Source: Fidelibacterota bacterium (GTDB lineage Bacteria > Fidelibacterota > Marinisomatia > Marinisomatales > UBA2128). From it: a stretch of 36,947 nt of DNA. Below, in pieces: positions 18,826 to 29,764 of this stretch (position 1 is its first letter; every line of letters begins with the position of its first letter). Below the pieces are notes generated by a model that ran no database searches, was not told where the DNA came from, and was given only the letters and a program-made list of their open reading frames with translations. Position numbers and translations under genes: made by a program. The stretch is taken from assembly GCA_046861645.1 (NCBI GenBank), contig JBHHUM010000018.1:1-36947 (forward strand). Direction: 5' to 3'.

Positions 18826-20800
18826 ATCCTTTTTAAAATTTCGAAAGCGGGTATTGTTTCTTTCAAGCTTTGTCGTTTTGCTATGGGCTAGCCTGGCTAT
18901 GCGCTACTTTTATATTCAAGTCTTCAGAAGCAGCAATTTTACCCAGATTGTTAAAATGCAGGGTGAGGAGAAAATTCTCCTGCCCGCCATAAGAGGTACT
19001 ATTTATGATAGAAACTATAAACCCTTGGCAGAGAATGTTATCCATTACGACTTTGCAGTCCATCCCCGTCGTGTAGAGAATCGTGAACTAATCATTTCCA
19101 CTTTCTCCAGTGTTACTGGTCGTAGTGAAGACTATTACAAGGCACGTTTAGATTCAGACAATTCCTACGAATTTTTAGAACGCAATTTGCGTCATGATGA
19201 AAGCCAACTCCTTCTGGCATTGAAGGATAAAGGGCTCATAGCCCATAGACACAGTTCAAGACTTTATCCACATGGACATATCGCTTCCCAAATCATTGGT
19301 TTCACCAACGTCGATGGGAAAGGTCTGGAAGGGCTTGAACAACAATATGACTCACACCTAAAAGGACAGACTGGCTGGACAATCCTGGAAACAGATGGCT
19401 ATGGTCGCTCTCGAAAAAACCAAGCTTACCCTATTCAAAAGCCTGTTGACGGGAATAATCTCATTCTGACTATAGATGTGGAGTACCAGGCTATCCTTCA
19501 GGATGAGTTAATCCGTCAGATAAACGCTACCGGAGCAAAGGGAGGTATGGGAATTATTCTGGATCCTTTTTCTGGAATGATTCGAGCCATGGCTTCCCTA
19601 CCTGATTATGATCCTAACGAACCAGGCTCTTCCACACAGGAATTCTATCGAAATCGAGTTATCACTGACCAGTATGAACCGGGATCAACTTTTAAGATTG
19701 TTCCTGCCATGGCAGCACTTCACACCGGTAAAGTAAGTTTACAGGAAGAGTTCAATTGCGAAAATGGTAGCTATGAATTTCACGGTACTACTATTAAGGA
19801 TTGGTCAGACTTCAGCTTACTTACTTTTCCGCAAATCATTGAGCAGTCAAGTAATGTTGGAGTCATCAAGATTGCAGAGCGAGTAGGAGCTAAAGAATTG
19901 TATCGTTTTGCCCGGAAATTCGGATTTGGTTCTGAATCAGGAATAACCTTACCTGGTGAAGCCCGGGGTTATCTGCGTACCATACAAGAGTGGAGTGGTA
20001 TTTCTTTAGGGGAATTTCCACTGGGTCATGAAGTATCCGTAACCACACTGCAAATCGCCTTAGCTTATGCAGCGATTGCTAATGGCGGTTATCTTATGAA
20101 ACCAATTATTGTGGACAAGATTTGTGATACTGAGGGAAATGTTCTCCAGTTCGAAAGGCCACAGATTGTGAGGAGGGTATCTTCGTCTGCAAGTGTGGAA
20201 AATCTGAAATCAATGCTGGTAAAAGTCGTTGAAAGTGGTACGGGAACAAGTGCCCAATTGACAGGTTGGAAAGTTGCTGGCAAAACTGGCACAGCACAGA
20301 AGTTCATTGATGGTAAATACTCTAAATTCAAATTCATTTCGTCCTTTGCAGGTTTCTTTCCGGCAGATGATCCTCAACTCGTTGGCGTGTTCGTCCTTGA
20401 TGAACCCCGGAAAGGTCTGCACTGGGGAGGATTTTCTGCAGCACCCATTTTCCGAAATGTTATGAAGAGAATCATTACCCAAGATGATGAGATCCTAGTC
20501 CACAAACCAAGGTTGGAAAAATATTCTAACCCTCACCCAGAGACGAAATCGAACGATTTTCTGGCTGATGCACAAGGCGATCTACCCGTGACCATCATGA
20601 CTTCAGCAGTCACAAACTTGAGTCCACCTGGAGTAGTGGTGCCCAATCTGCGTGGGTTGAGTTTACGAAATGCAGTTGCAGAGTTAAAGATGTCAGGACT
20701 CAGACCTAAGGTAGAGGGTTCTGGAGCCGTAATAGGACAATGGCCACCACCTGGAACTGAAGTCCGGTATGGATCAACCTGTTCATTAAAACTTGACTGA
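18818..20800 (+). CDS. ftsI: Class B penicillin-binding protein FtsI/PBP3 with C-terminal PASTA domain
   Basis: RGTIYDRN, GLEGLE, SxxK (EPGSTFK), SxN (SSN), KTGTAQ and VPNLRGLSLR PASTA. ATG 18818 overlaps the ftsL end. Confidence 0.95.
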   Translation: MTKSFLKFRKRVLFLSSFVVLLWASLAMRYFYIQVFRSSNFTQIVKMQGEEKILLPAIRGTIYDRNYKPLAENVIHYDFAVHPRRVENRELIISTFSSVTGRSEDYYKARLDSDNSYEFLERNLRHDESQLLLALKDKGLIAHRHSSRLYPHGHIASQIIGFTNVDGKGLEGLEQQYDSHLKGQTGWTILETDGYGRSRKNQAYPIQKPVDGNNLILTIDVEYQAILQDELIRQINATGAKGGMGIILDPFSGMIRAMASLPDYDPNEPGSSTQEFYRNRVITDQYEPGSTFKIVPAMAALHTGKVSLQEEFNCENGSYEFHGTTIKDWSDFSLLTFPQIIEQSSNVGVIKIAERVGAKELYRFARKFGFGSESGITLPGEARGYLRTIQEWSGISLGEFPLGHEVSVTTLQIALAYAAIANGGYLMKPIIVDKICDTEGNVLQFERPQIVRRVSSSASVENLKSMLVKVVESGTGTSAQLTGWKVAGKTGTAQKFIDGKYSKFKFISSFAGFFPADDPQLVGVFVLDEPRKGLHWGGFSAAPIFRNVMKRIITQDDEILVHKPRLEKYSNPHPETKSNDFLADAQGDLPVTIMTSAVTNLSPPGVVVPNLRGLSLRNAVAELKMSGLRPKVEGSGAVIGQWPPPGTEVRYGSTCSLKLD

Positions 20801-22263
20801 TGGAAAAACTAACTTCAATTCTCAATGGTGTAGATCTGATTTCTGAAATTCCTTTGGATGTACCCATCCAGTCCATCTGTGCCGACTCTCGCCGGGTCTG
20901 GCCTGGTTCCCTTTTTGTTGCCATTCACGGCACACAGCAAGACGGCACAAAATTCATACCGGAAGCTCTTGCCAAAGGGGCAGCAGCGGTGATTTCCAAT
21001 GGCAAAGACACTGATAAGGAGGTTAAGTCTAACACTCCGCTAATTCGCGTACAAAATCCACGACTGGCTCTCTCCCAGATGGCCGCCAATTATTACGATA
21101 ATCCCTCGGCAGAAATGACTTTGGTCGGAGTCACAGGTACCAACGGAAAAACGACAACTTGCCACATTCTTTATGACATCCTGAAAGCATACGGATTAAA
21201 GACTGGTATCATGGGGACACTCGGAGCCAAGTCGCACGGCATGGAAGCTACTACGTCCCTCACCACCCCGGACAGCCTGGAACTTCATCGCATGTTACGT
21301 CTCTTTTGTGATGGGGGTGTCACCCATGTGATTATGGAAGTTTCCTCACACGCCTTAGAACTGGAACGCGTACATCACGTACAATTTGATTACGCCGTCT
21401 TCACCAATTTATCTCAGGATCATTTGGATTTCCACAAGACGATGAATAACTATTTCCAGGCAAAGACCAAACTCTTTTCCATGATCAATAGTGAGGGAAA
21501 GGCAATTATTAATTATGATGATGAGCGAGCAGAAAACCTTAGTGAGTTTTGCTCTTCACCGATTCTAAGTTGTTCTCTCGCTGGTAATACAGATGTTCAC
21601 TTTGTGGAATGGGGAATGTCTCGTAAAGGTATTACAGGCATTATTGCCTTAGGTAAAGACAGGATTACTGTAAGCTCCGCTCTCTTGGGTGTACACAACC
21701 TGGAGAACATTCTTTCCGCTGCAGCTACAGCGTGGAGCATGGGTATCCCTCGTGAAGCAATCGAAGCGGGCATCTCCCAATGCCAAAATATACCCGGGCG
21801 GATGGAACAATTCTCCACAAAAAACGGCGCTACTGTCATTGTGGATTATGCCCATACTCCTGACGCCTACGAAAAACTGTTTTCCTCATTAAAAACACTG
21901 CTACCTGCTGGAGGGAAACTCTGGGTGATATTCGGTTGTGGTGGGGATCGGGATCATGAAAAAAGACCTATGATGGCTGCTAAAGCAGAATCTTTCGCAG
22001 ATCATATTCTGGTAGTCCCTGATAACCCACGTACTGAGTCACTGGAGGAAATTAACCGGGAGATTGAAGCGGGCTTTACCCAGAATAAACATGAATTCAG
22101 AGGAAATCGTGGTAAAGCTATACGTGAAATTATCGGAAAACTCTCAGCAAGTGATATCCTTGCCGTAGTAGGCAAAGGTCAGGACAACTATGACATCATT
22201 GGAAGGAAACGTATCACCTATTCAGATATAGATACCGTCTTGAAAGCGATTAATGAGAATTGA
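20800..22263 (+). CDS. murE: UDP-MurNAc-dipeptide:meso-DAP ligase MurE
   Basis: GVTGTNGKTT, MEVSSH, FTNLSQDHLDFH, VDYAHTPD, GCGGDRD. The DNPR motif indicates meso-DAP specificity. Confidence 0.97.
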   Translation: MEKLTSILNGVDLISEIPLDVPIQSICADSRRVWPGSLFVAIHGTQQDGTKFIPEALAKGAAAVISNGKDTDKEVKSNTPLIRVQNPRLALSQMAANYYDNPSAEMTLVGVTGTNGKTTTCHILYDILKAYGLKTGIMGTLGAKSHGMEATTSLTTPDSLELHRMLRLFCDGGVTHVIMEVSSHALELERVHHVQFDYAVFTNLSQDHLDFHKTMNNYFQAKTKLFSMINSEGKAIINYDDERAENLSEFCSSPILSCSLAGNTDVHFVEWGMSRKGITGIIALGKDRITVSSALLGVHNLENILSAAATAWSMGIPREAIEAGISQCQNIPGRMEQFSTKNGATVIVDYAHTPDAYEKLFSSLKTLLPAGGKLWVIFGCGGDRDHEKRPMMAAKAESFADHILVVPDNPRTESLEEINREIEAGFTQNKHEFRGNRGKAIREIIGKLSASDILAVVGKGQDNYDIIGRKRITYSDIDTVLKAINEN

Positions 22264-23596
22264 CTTACCCGATCCAGATACATTTAACCAAATGATCTCA
22301 AAACTGGCAAACCAAAATATTCTCTCCACTCTGACAGGTATTGCTCTGGATAGTAGAGAGGTACAAGCTGGTGATCTTTTCGTGGCCCTGTCAGGAGACA
22401 AGGTCGATGGTCACAATTTTCTACCGCAAGCACAAGATAATGGGGCTGCAGCAGCTCTCGTATCTTCTGAACGAGCTGATGTAGAATTACCTCAGATTGA
22501 GGTCGAAGATCCAGCGGAATTTATTGGAACATTAGCTACTGAATGGCGCTCAAATTTTACCTTACCAGTCATAGGAATCACCGGTAGTAACGGCAAGACT
22601 TCGACCAAGGATTTGCTCATACACATCTTCTCCACCTCCCGGGAAGTACATGGGACGCGTGGAAACTACAACACACACCTCGGACTACCTCTCACCTTAC
22701 TCGAGCTTGCCTCGCACCATACCCTCTCCATCCTCGAAATGGGAGCCAATAAAGCGGGCGACATTGAATACCTTTGCAATCTGTCTCTACCTCGGTACGG
22801 ATTAATTACCAATGTCGCCCGTTCCCACCTCAAAAGTTTTGGCACCATGAAAATTATTGCTCAGACAAAAGGAGAGCTTTTCACGGCACTCCCTGAAGAC
22901 GGCATTGCTTTTGTAAACATGTCAGATGAAAATGTAGCAAAACTGGATACGTCTGCAGAGAGAGTTACATTTGGTTTTGAATCAACTTGTGATTTTGTAG
23001 CTGATCTACTCCGACATAATGACCAATCCCTCAGTATTATTATTAATGGCGAAGAAATAGAGCTCAACTCTTTTGACGAATCGTTTGCAAAAAATACATT
23101 AGCGGCGGCCAGTATTTCTCTTACCCTGGGAATTTCTTGGGATTCGTTTCAGGATTCTATCTTGACTTATAAACCCACTAAGGGAAGATGTGTTGTGAAA
23201 ACTGTCCAGGGGATTACCATGATCGATGATAGTTACAATGCTAATCTCTCCTCTGCCATCGGTGCTGTAAATCTACTCTTTAGTCTGCCGGTCAAGGGAC
23301 GGAGGGTCATTGTGTTCGGAGATATGTTGGAATTGGGGGATATATCGGTAGCTGACCACGAAGAATTCGGTAAGTATTGCGTCACCAAAGGATGTAATCT
23401 TCTGCTCTGCTACGGAACTGAAAGTGAAATCACTGCTAATACAGCAAGAGGAAGAATCGATGCCCGCAATTACACTGACAAAAAAGAATTGTCTGCCGAT
23501 TTAAAAGCTTATCTAAAACCTGGTGATGCCGTTCTTTTTAAAGGATCCCGGGGTATGGCTCTGGAAACCATTATCAGCGAGGTCTTTGAAGCATAA
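22253..23596 (+). CDS. murF: UDP-MurNAc-tripeptide:D-Ala-D-Ala ligase MurF
   Basis: GITGSNGKTSTK, GLPLTL, EMGA, DDSYNAN, GDMLELG, KGSRGM. Confidence 0.97.
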   Translation: MRIDLPDPDTFNQMISKLANQNILSTLTGIALDSREVQAGDLFVALSGDKVDGHNFLPQAQDNGAAAALVSSERADVELPQIEVEDPAEFIGTLATEWRSNFTLPVIGITGSNGKTSTKDLLIHIFSTSREVHGTRGNYNTHLGLPLTLLELASHHTLSILEMGANKAGDIEYLCNLSLPRYGLITNVARSHLKSFGTMKIIAQTKGELFTALPEDGIAFVNMSDENVAKLDTSAERVTFGFESTCDFVADLLRHNDQSLSIIINGEEIELNSFDESFAKNTLAAASISLTLGISWDSFQDSILTYKPTKGRCVVKTVQGITMIDDSYNANLSSAIGAVNLLFSLPVKGRRVIVFGDMLELGDISVADHEEFGKYCVTKGCNLLLCYGTESEITANTARGRIDARNYTDKKELSADLKAYLKPGDAVLFKGSRGMALETIISEVFEA

Positions 23597-24753
23597 TGCT
23601 GTATCATTTGCTCTATCCCCTACACAGTAAAATTTCCGGGTTCAACCTTTTTCAATACATAACCTTCCGCTCTGCCATGGCTGCGATGACAGCTTTATTG
23701 ATCAGCTTCGTCATCGGACCAAGAATTATTCGACTCTTGCATAATAAACATATTGGAGAAGAAGTTAGAAGTTTGGGACCGGAGTCCCATTTCTCGAAGA
23801 AGGGCACGCCAACAATGGGGGGGATCATTATCCTCGCGGCGGTGATTCTCCCCACCGTCCTTTGGGCCAATTTGACTAATCCCTATATCCTGATGATCCT
23901 TACTGCCACCGTGTGGATGGGGTTTATCGGTTTTTTAGATGACTACCTGAAAAATGTGCGCAAAATCAAGAAAGGATTGATTGCACGATACAAGTTGGCT
24001 GGACAGATTATCTTAGGTATGGTCCTAACCTTTGTAATTCTATCCAGTAAGGAAATCCAGATCTATCAATGGTTTACACCTGTCGACGGTGACCCTTTAA
24101 AAAATCCTATTGAAGCAACGGTTACTACCCTACCCTTTATCAAGCAATCTGTAATCAATTTCCAACACTGGTTACCCTATGCACTTTTTGTAATATTCGT
24201 AGTAACAGCAACATCTAACTCTGTTAACCTGACTGATGGATTAGATGGCTTAGCTTCGGGACTTGTAGCTATTGCTGCTTTTGTGTTCGCCGGGATCGCT
24301 TACATCACAGGCCGGGCAGATTTCAGTAGATATCTAAACATCCTCTATCTGCCCGGCGCCGGGGAATTAACCATTTTCTGTGTGGCTTTAACTGGAGCCG
24401 CTCTCGGTTTCCTGTGGTTCAACTCTCGTCCCGCGGAGGTTTTTATGGGTGATACTGGTTCCCTCGCCATGGGCGCCGCTATAGGTGGTGTAGCCATACT
24501 CCTGAAGAAGGAATTCCTGTTACCCTTCGCTGCTGCCATCTTTATTGTTGAGTCTTTCTCCGTGATACTTCAAGTCCAGTATTTTCGGTACACCAGACGA
24601 AAATATGGTGAAGGAAAACGACTTTTTCTGATGGCACCACTTCATCATCATTTTGAGCTTAAGGGGTGGGCCGAGAGCAAGGTTGTTATACGCTTCTGGA
24701 TTCTTGGAATTCTTTTTGCATTGATGAGTTTGAGCACTTTCAAAATACGATGA
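23596..24753 (+). CDS. mraY: Phospho-MurNAc-pentapeptide translocase MraY
   Basis: KKGTPTMGG, GFLDDYLK, NSVNLTDGLDGLA, VFMGDTGS, MAPLHHHFE. Confidence 0.98.
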   Translation: MLYHLLYPLHSKISGFNLFQYITFRSAMAAMTALLISFVIGPRIIRLLHNKHIGEEVRSLGPESHFSKKGTPTMGGIIILAAVILPTVLWANLTNPYILMILTATVWMGFIGFLDDYLKNVRKIKKGLIARYKLAGQIILGMVLTFVILSSKEIQIYQWFTPVDGDPLKNPIEATVTTLPFIKQSVINFQHWLPYALFVIFVVTATSNSVNLTDGLDGLASGLVAIAAFVFAGIAYITGRADFSRYLNILYLPGAGELTIFCVALTGAALGFLWFNSRPAEVFMGDTGSLAMGAAIGGVAILLKKEFLLPFAAAIFIVESFSVILQVQYFRYTRRKYGEGKRLFLMAPLHHHFELKGWAESKVVIRFWILGILFALMSLSTFKIR

Positions 24754-26135
24754 ATCCTTGGTTAAATACACCCCGCCCTCATCTAAAGGACAAGAGGGTT
24801 ACAGTACTTGGTGGTGCGCGCAGTGGCATGGCTGCCTGCCGTCTTCTAACCAAAGTGGGAGCTACCATTTTCCTCTCCGATCAGCGAGAGCCTGGAAAAT
24901 GGGTTGATAAAAGAAAAGAATTGTCTCGATTAGGCATCGAATCAGAAATAAATGGTCATAGTGAGAAATCATTGGAGGCTGATCTGATCATTGTCAGCCC
25001 AGGAGTCCCACAGGATGCGGAGATCCTCACCCAGGCCGGCGAGAGGGGCATCCCCATAGTTTCTGAAGTGGAACTGGCAAGCTGGTTTACTACATTGCCC
25101 ATTGCAGCAATTACCGGTTCCAACGGCAAAACTACTACCACAACTATTCTTGCCGAAATGAGTCGTCACGGAGGGTACAAAACCTTTCTCGCCGGCAACA
25201 TCGGGTTCCCTTTTTCCGATGCCGTGCTTACTACACTTGATGATGAACCAACAAACGGTCTGTTCGTACTGGAAATCAGCAGTTTCCAGATGGAACATAT
25301 CCTGTACTTTAAACCCTATATTGCCATCCTCCTGAACCTCACCCCAGATCACCTGGATCGTTACCCAGATTTCGACACTTATGCTTCCGCAAAAATGAAT
25401 ATCCTGAAAAATATGACGGAGGAAAACTGGGTTGTATATAATGAAGACGATTCTGGACTTCTACCCTATCTCCAAACGCAAGCACAAAAGGTACCTTTTT
25501 CGCTTTCCCGTTCACCAAAGACTCTTTTCACATTAAATGAGACCAAAATCTACGATGAGAAAAATGAGATTGTCGTTTATCTGAAGGATATTTCCATTCC
25601 AGGTAAACACAACCTTTACAATTTCCTGGCAGCTGCCACTGCCAGCCGACTCTTAGAGATCAATTCTAATCAGATCGGAGAAGTAATTACTTCATTTCCT
25701 GGAGTTGAACACCGTATCGAATTCGTCAAAGATATCGATGGTATTGTGTTCTACAATGATTCCAAGGCAACTAATGTCGATTCTGTGGCGGTTGCGCTTC
25801 AGGCATTCGATAGACCGATCATTCTCATCATGGGAGGTCTTGATAAAGGAGGTGACTTTTCTCTGTTAGTACCACTAATTAAATCCTCGGTTAAAGCGAT
25901 AATCCTCGTGGGTGCTGCTGCAGATCTCATCGCTGAAGTATACTCTGGTGTTGTCCCCCTCCAAAATGCAGTTACCATTCAGAATGCCGTGGAAATGGCC
26001 TGGCAATCCGCCCAACCAGGGGATGTTGTACTCCTTTCCCCGGGTTGTGCCAGCTTCGACCAGTTCGATAATTACGAAGAGAGAGGAAAAGTTTTCAAAA
26101 AGACAGTGAACGATCTGAAGAGGATTGTAACATGA
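24750..26135 (+). CDS. murD: UDP-MurNAc-L-Ala:D-Glu ligase MurD
   Basis: GGARSG, ITGSNGKTTT, LEISSFQ, NLTPDHLDRY, NDSKATN, LLSPGCASFDQF. ATG 24750 overlaps the mraY stop. Confidence 0.97.
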   Translation: MNPWLNTPRPHLKDKRVTVLGGARSGMAACRLLTKVGATIFLSDQREPGKWVDKRKELSRLGIESEINGHSEKSLEADLIIVSPGVPQDAEILTQAGERGIPIVSEVELASWFTTLPIAAITGSNGKTTTTTILAEMSRHGGYKTFLAGNIGFPFSDAVLTTLDDEPTNGLFVLEISSFQMEHILYFKPYIAILLNLTPDHLDRYPDFDTYASAKMNILKNMTEENWVVYNEDDSGLLPYLQTQAQKVPFSLSRSPKTLFTLNETKIYDEKNEIVVYLKDISIPGKHNLYNFLAAATASRLLEINSNQIGEVITSFPGVEHRIEFVKDIDGIVFYNDSKATNVDSVAVALQAFDRPIILIMGGLDKGGDFSLLVPLIKSSVKAIILVGAAADLIAEVYSGVVPLQNAVTIQNAVEMAWQSAQPGDVVLLSPGCASFDQFDNYEERGKVFKKTVNDLKRIVT

Positions 26136-27277
26136 GTATAGTTATTTCATCAAAAAAATATGACCTCCCCCTTCTGATCCTGACTGGACTTCTGTTAATC
26201 GTGGGAACAGTAATGGTCTTCAGCGCCAGTACCAATATTTCGGTAGATAAATACGGCATTGGTACTCATTACTTCTGGAAGCATGTTTTAAGAGTTCTAG
26301 CAGGAGTTATAGCTCTGATAATAAGTATCATGGTTGATTACCGCCTCCTGAGAAAGGTAGCTGTACCCCTCATTATGGGAGCTGTTGTAATGCTGACCAT
26401 TACCAAACTCTCCTACATCCTTCGGGGAAGTAACGCTCCCGCTCGGTGGTTAAATTTGGGGTTGATCTCACTTCAGACATCAGATATCGCCCGTTTTTCA
26501 ATAATCGTATACCTCGCTGCATATATTGATCGGAAACGAAATCAATTGAGAAATTTTTCTGACGGATTTCTACCTCCCATCGTACTGATTGGTATTATTA
26601 TGGCTCTCGTAATTATTCAACCTGACTTTAGTACTGCATTCATCATAGGAGTGATCACATTTGTAATGCTTTTTGTCGGAGGAGCCAGGTTATCCCATTT
26701 ATTTGCTACTGTCAGTGTCGCCAGTGCTATTTTGATACCCGTTTTGTTCCTGGCTGAGTATCGAGTATACCGCTTGACATCATTTGGAGATTTTTCAACT
26801 GAACTGGTGGGAAAGAATTATCAACTTCAGCAATCACTCATCGCCCTGGGTAACGGTGGTATTACAGGAGTAGGATTAGGCGAAAGTATCGGGAAAAATC
26901 TTTTTCTTCCTGCTCCACATACCGATTTTATCCTTTCTATTATTGGAGAAGAACTGGGTTACCTTGGTGTATTCCTGGTGATTACTCTGTTTCTCGGACT
27001 TTTTCAGCGAGCCGTCACTATTGCCAAAGGTTGTACAGATGTTTTTGGAATTCTTCTTTGTCTTGGTTTTTCCGTAAAGATCGTTCTTTATGCATTCATA
27101 AATGCGGCGGTAGCATCAGGTTTACTTCCCACAACGGGTCTACCCATACCATTTATCAGTTTTGGTGGTACAGGGTTGGTCATCAATCTGATAACCGTTG
27201 GCATTTTACTAAACATTTCCATGGCTAAACGGAGAGCTAAAACACCTAAATCAACGAGGATACTCTTTGCCAGATAA
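26132..27277 (+). CDS. ftsW: SEDS peptidoglycan polymerase FtsW
   Basis: ARWL, QPDFST, YQLQQSLIALGNGG, LPAPHTDFI, GEELG, PTTGLPIPFISFGG; many TM segments. Confidence 0.96.
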   Translation: MSIVISSKKYDLPLLILTGLLLIVGTVMVFSASTNISVDKYGIGTHYFWKHVLRVLAGVIALIISIMVDYRLLRKVAVPLIMGAVVMLTITKLSYILRGSNAPARWLNLGLISLQTSDIARFSIIVYLAAYIDRKRNQLRNFSDGFLPPIVLIGIIMALVIIQPDFSTAFIIGVITFVMLFVGGARLSHLFATVSVASAILIPVLFLAEYRVYRLTSFGDFSTELVGKNYQLQQSLIALGNGGITGVGLGESIGKNLFLPAPHTDFILSIIGEELGYLGVFLVITLFLGLFQRAVTIAKGCTDVFGILLCLGFSVKIVLYAFINAAVASGLLPTTGLPIPFISFGGTGLVINLITVGILLNISMAKRRAKTPKSTRILFAR

Positions 27278-28375
27278 GCATCTAAAAGTAATCATTGCTG
27301 GCGGCGGGACAGGAGGCCATCTTTTCCCAGCTTTTGCTATTGCTGACACACTGAAAAGTCACTATCCCAATGGTGAAATCCATTTCGTGGGTTCTAAACA
27401 TGGTGTGGAAGTAGAACATTTAACAAAACGAGAAGAACGTTTTACACTCCTGAACATACGGGGATTTCAAAGAGGATTCTCTCTTCGTTCCCTGGGCAGA
27501 AATATGCTCTTTCCACTTCGTTTCCTGACTGCTCTTATTTCTTCTCGGAGATTGATGAAGAGATTCAAGCCTGACGTAGTTGTAGGAACCGGCGGTTATG
27601 CCAGCGGTCTTCCCCTCTTAGCAGCTTACCAGCAGGAAATACCCACTTTGATTCACGAACAAAATTCATATCCTGGATTCACCACCCGCTGGTTAGCAGA
27701 CCGTGTGGACACAGTTTGTATCAGTTACGATGAAACAAAACACTATCTTAAAAAAAAAAGTGCCTGCTTACCGGCAATCCCATCCGTAAGGATTTATTGA
27801 CAATGACTCGTGAGAATGCTTTGATAAGCCTTGGTTTCCGTCAGGATAGACCTGTGGTGGCCATCATTGGAGGAAGTCAGGGTTCTCGTGCCATTAATAG
27901 TATCATTCAACAGACTTTACCTTTGTTGCAATCCGAATGCCATGTGCAAGTCTACTGGCAGACAGGTCCCGATCAGTACGAAAAGTTGGCAACTTATAAC
28001 CGTAATGACGTAAAAGTTGAACCCTTTTCTAATAATATGGGGGCAGTCTATACTGCGGCTGATCTTATCATCTCCAGAGCTGGAGCCATGACTTTGTCTG
28101 AAATTACGGCTTGTGGAAAACCTTCCATACTTATCCCCTTTCCAGGAGCTGCTGCAGATCATCAGACTAAAAATGCCGCCACGTTAGTTGCTAACGGAGC
28201 AGCAAGGATTATCCCAGAGTTCGAGCTGACACCGGAAAAACTTGCCGACGAAATCATCAAACTCCTGAAGGGTGAGAAAGTTCTTAAGGAAATGGCTAAA
28301 GCTGCTCAAAGAACTGCCATTAATAACGCTGCAGAAAGAATAGTCACTGAAATTGAAAGGTTAGCTCAGGCATAA
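27267..28375 (+). CDS. murG: Lipid II GlcNAc transferase MurG, frameshifted at an A10 run (27750-27759)
   Basis: The N-half has AGGGTGGHLFP, GTGGYAS and HEQNSYPG. The -1 frame continues KCLLTGNPIRKD...GGSQGS...SRAGA...DHQTKNA. One extra A (A11) or two fewer joins both ORF-track pieces. Confidence 0.93.
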
Positions 28376-29763
28376 TGTTTGGTAAAGTAAAAAATGTATA
28401 TTTTGTTGGAATCGGTGGTATTGGTATGAGTGGAATTGCTGAATTACTGATTAATTCCGGTTTTGGAGTAGCAGGTTCCGATCTGGTATCATCGGAAATC
28501 ACTGCTAAACTGGCTCGGAAAGGAGTCACTATTCATCAGGGACATAAAGCAGAAAATCTTGGGAATGCCGATGTGCTCGTTTACTCGTCTGCAGTGAATG
28601 AAAGCAATCCAGAAGTTGTCGAAGCTAATAGAAGAAAGATACCGGTTATCTCCCGGGCGGAAATGTTGGCAGAACTATTGAAACTCAAACCTACCTCAAT
28701 AGCCGTTGGTGGAACACATGGAAAAACTACCACTACTTCTCTGCTAGGGACCGTCTTGACCCATGCCGACCTTGATCCCACACTCATTGTGGGAGGGGTA
28801 GTAAAGAGCCTTGATGTAAACGCAGTCTTGGGTAAAGGTGAAATAATTGTAGCGGAAGCAGACGAATTCGATAGAAGCTTCCTTCATCTGACACCTACTT
28901 ATGCTATTATTACAACAGTCGATCATGATCATATGGAATGCTATCAGGATGAGCATGACCTCGTCCACTCCTTTGCTCAATTTGCAAATGCTGTTCCCTT
29001 TTATGGCGCAGTTTCTGTATGTATGGATCAATCTCTTATTAGCAAGGTTATCCCCTATATTTCCCGTCCATTGATAACCAGTGGCATGTCTGTAGAAGCG
29101 GATTATTCAGCAGCTCATATTGTATTCGATCAGACAGCCACTACTTTTGATCTTTTACAGAATGGGTCACTCTTGGGGACTCTAAACCTCCAAATTCCAG
29201 GGATACATAATGTAATGAATGCCATGACTGTTACTGCACTTTGCCTGGAGATGGGAATGGATTTTGATACTATCGCTCAAGGGATGCAATCATTCACCGG
29301 TGTACGACGGAGATTTGAAATAAAGGGTAAATTTGACGATATATTAGTTGTCGATGATTATGCCCACCATCCAACTGAAGTAGGTGCCACACTGGAAGCT
29401 GTACGAAAAGCATGGAAACGACGTATTATTGCCGTCTTTCAACCTCATCTTTTCTCTCGAACACGGGACTTTTATCAGGATTTCGCCTCAGCCCTGACCA
29501 TTGCTGATTGTATTATTATTACCGATGTTTACCCCGCCCGGGAACAACCCATCGCAGGAGTGAATGGTAAATTAATTGTTGACGCCGCTATATCCCTGGG
29601 ACATGATAAAGTACACTGGATTCCCCAAAAAACAGATATTCCTGCCAGGCTGTTAGAAATGGTTAATTCAGGTGATATTGTTATTACTATGGGAGCAGGT
29701 GACATCTGGAAAATGGGAGACGAATTCGCTACCCTTTTAGAACAGGAAGTTGTGGTGGTTTGA
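28375..29763 (+). CDS. murC: UDP-MurNAc:L-Ala ligase MurC
   Basis: GIGGIGMSGIA, GTHGKTTT, EADEFDRSFL, DDYAHHPTE, FQPHLFSRT, MGAGDI. Confidence 0.98.
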   Translation: MFGKVKNVYFVGIGGIGMSGIAELLINSGFGVAGSDLVSSEITAKLARKGVTIHQGHKAENLGNADVLVYSSAVNESNPEVVEANRRKIPVISRAEMLAELLKLKPTSIAVGGTHGKTTTTSLLGTVLTHADLDPTLIVGGVVKSLDVNAVLGKGEIIVAEADEFDRSFLHLTPTYAIITTVDHDHMECYQDEHDLVHSFAQFANAVPFYGAVSVCMDQSLISKVIPYISRPLITSGMSVEADYSAAHIVFDQTATTFDLLQNGSLLGTLNLQIPGIHNVMNAMTVTALCLEMGMDFDTIAQGMQSFTGVRRRFEIKGKFDDILVVDDYAHHPTEVGATLEAVRKAWKRRIIAVFQPHLFSRTRDFYQDFASALTIADCIIITDVYPAREQPIAGVNGKLIVDAAISLGHDKVHWIPQKTDIPARLLEMVNSGDIVITMGAGDIWKMGDEFATLLEQEVVVV

Positions 29764-29764
29764 T

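Noticed and set aside
27797..28375. A genuine two-gene (split) MurG
   Set aside because: The conserved TGNPIR linker lies upstream of the second ORF's start in the same frame and the break is at a homopolymer, so this is one frameshifted gene.
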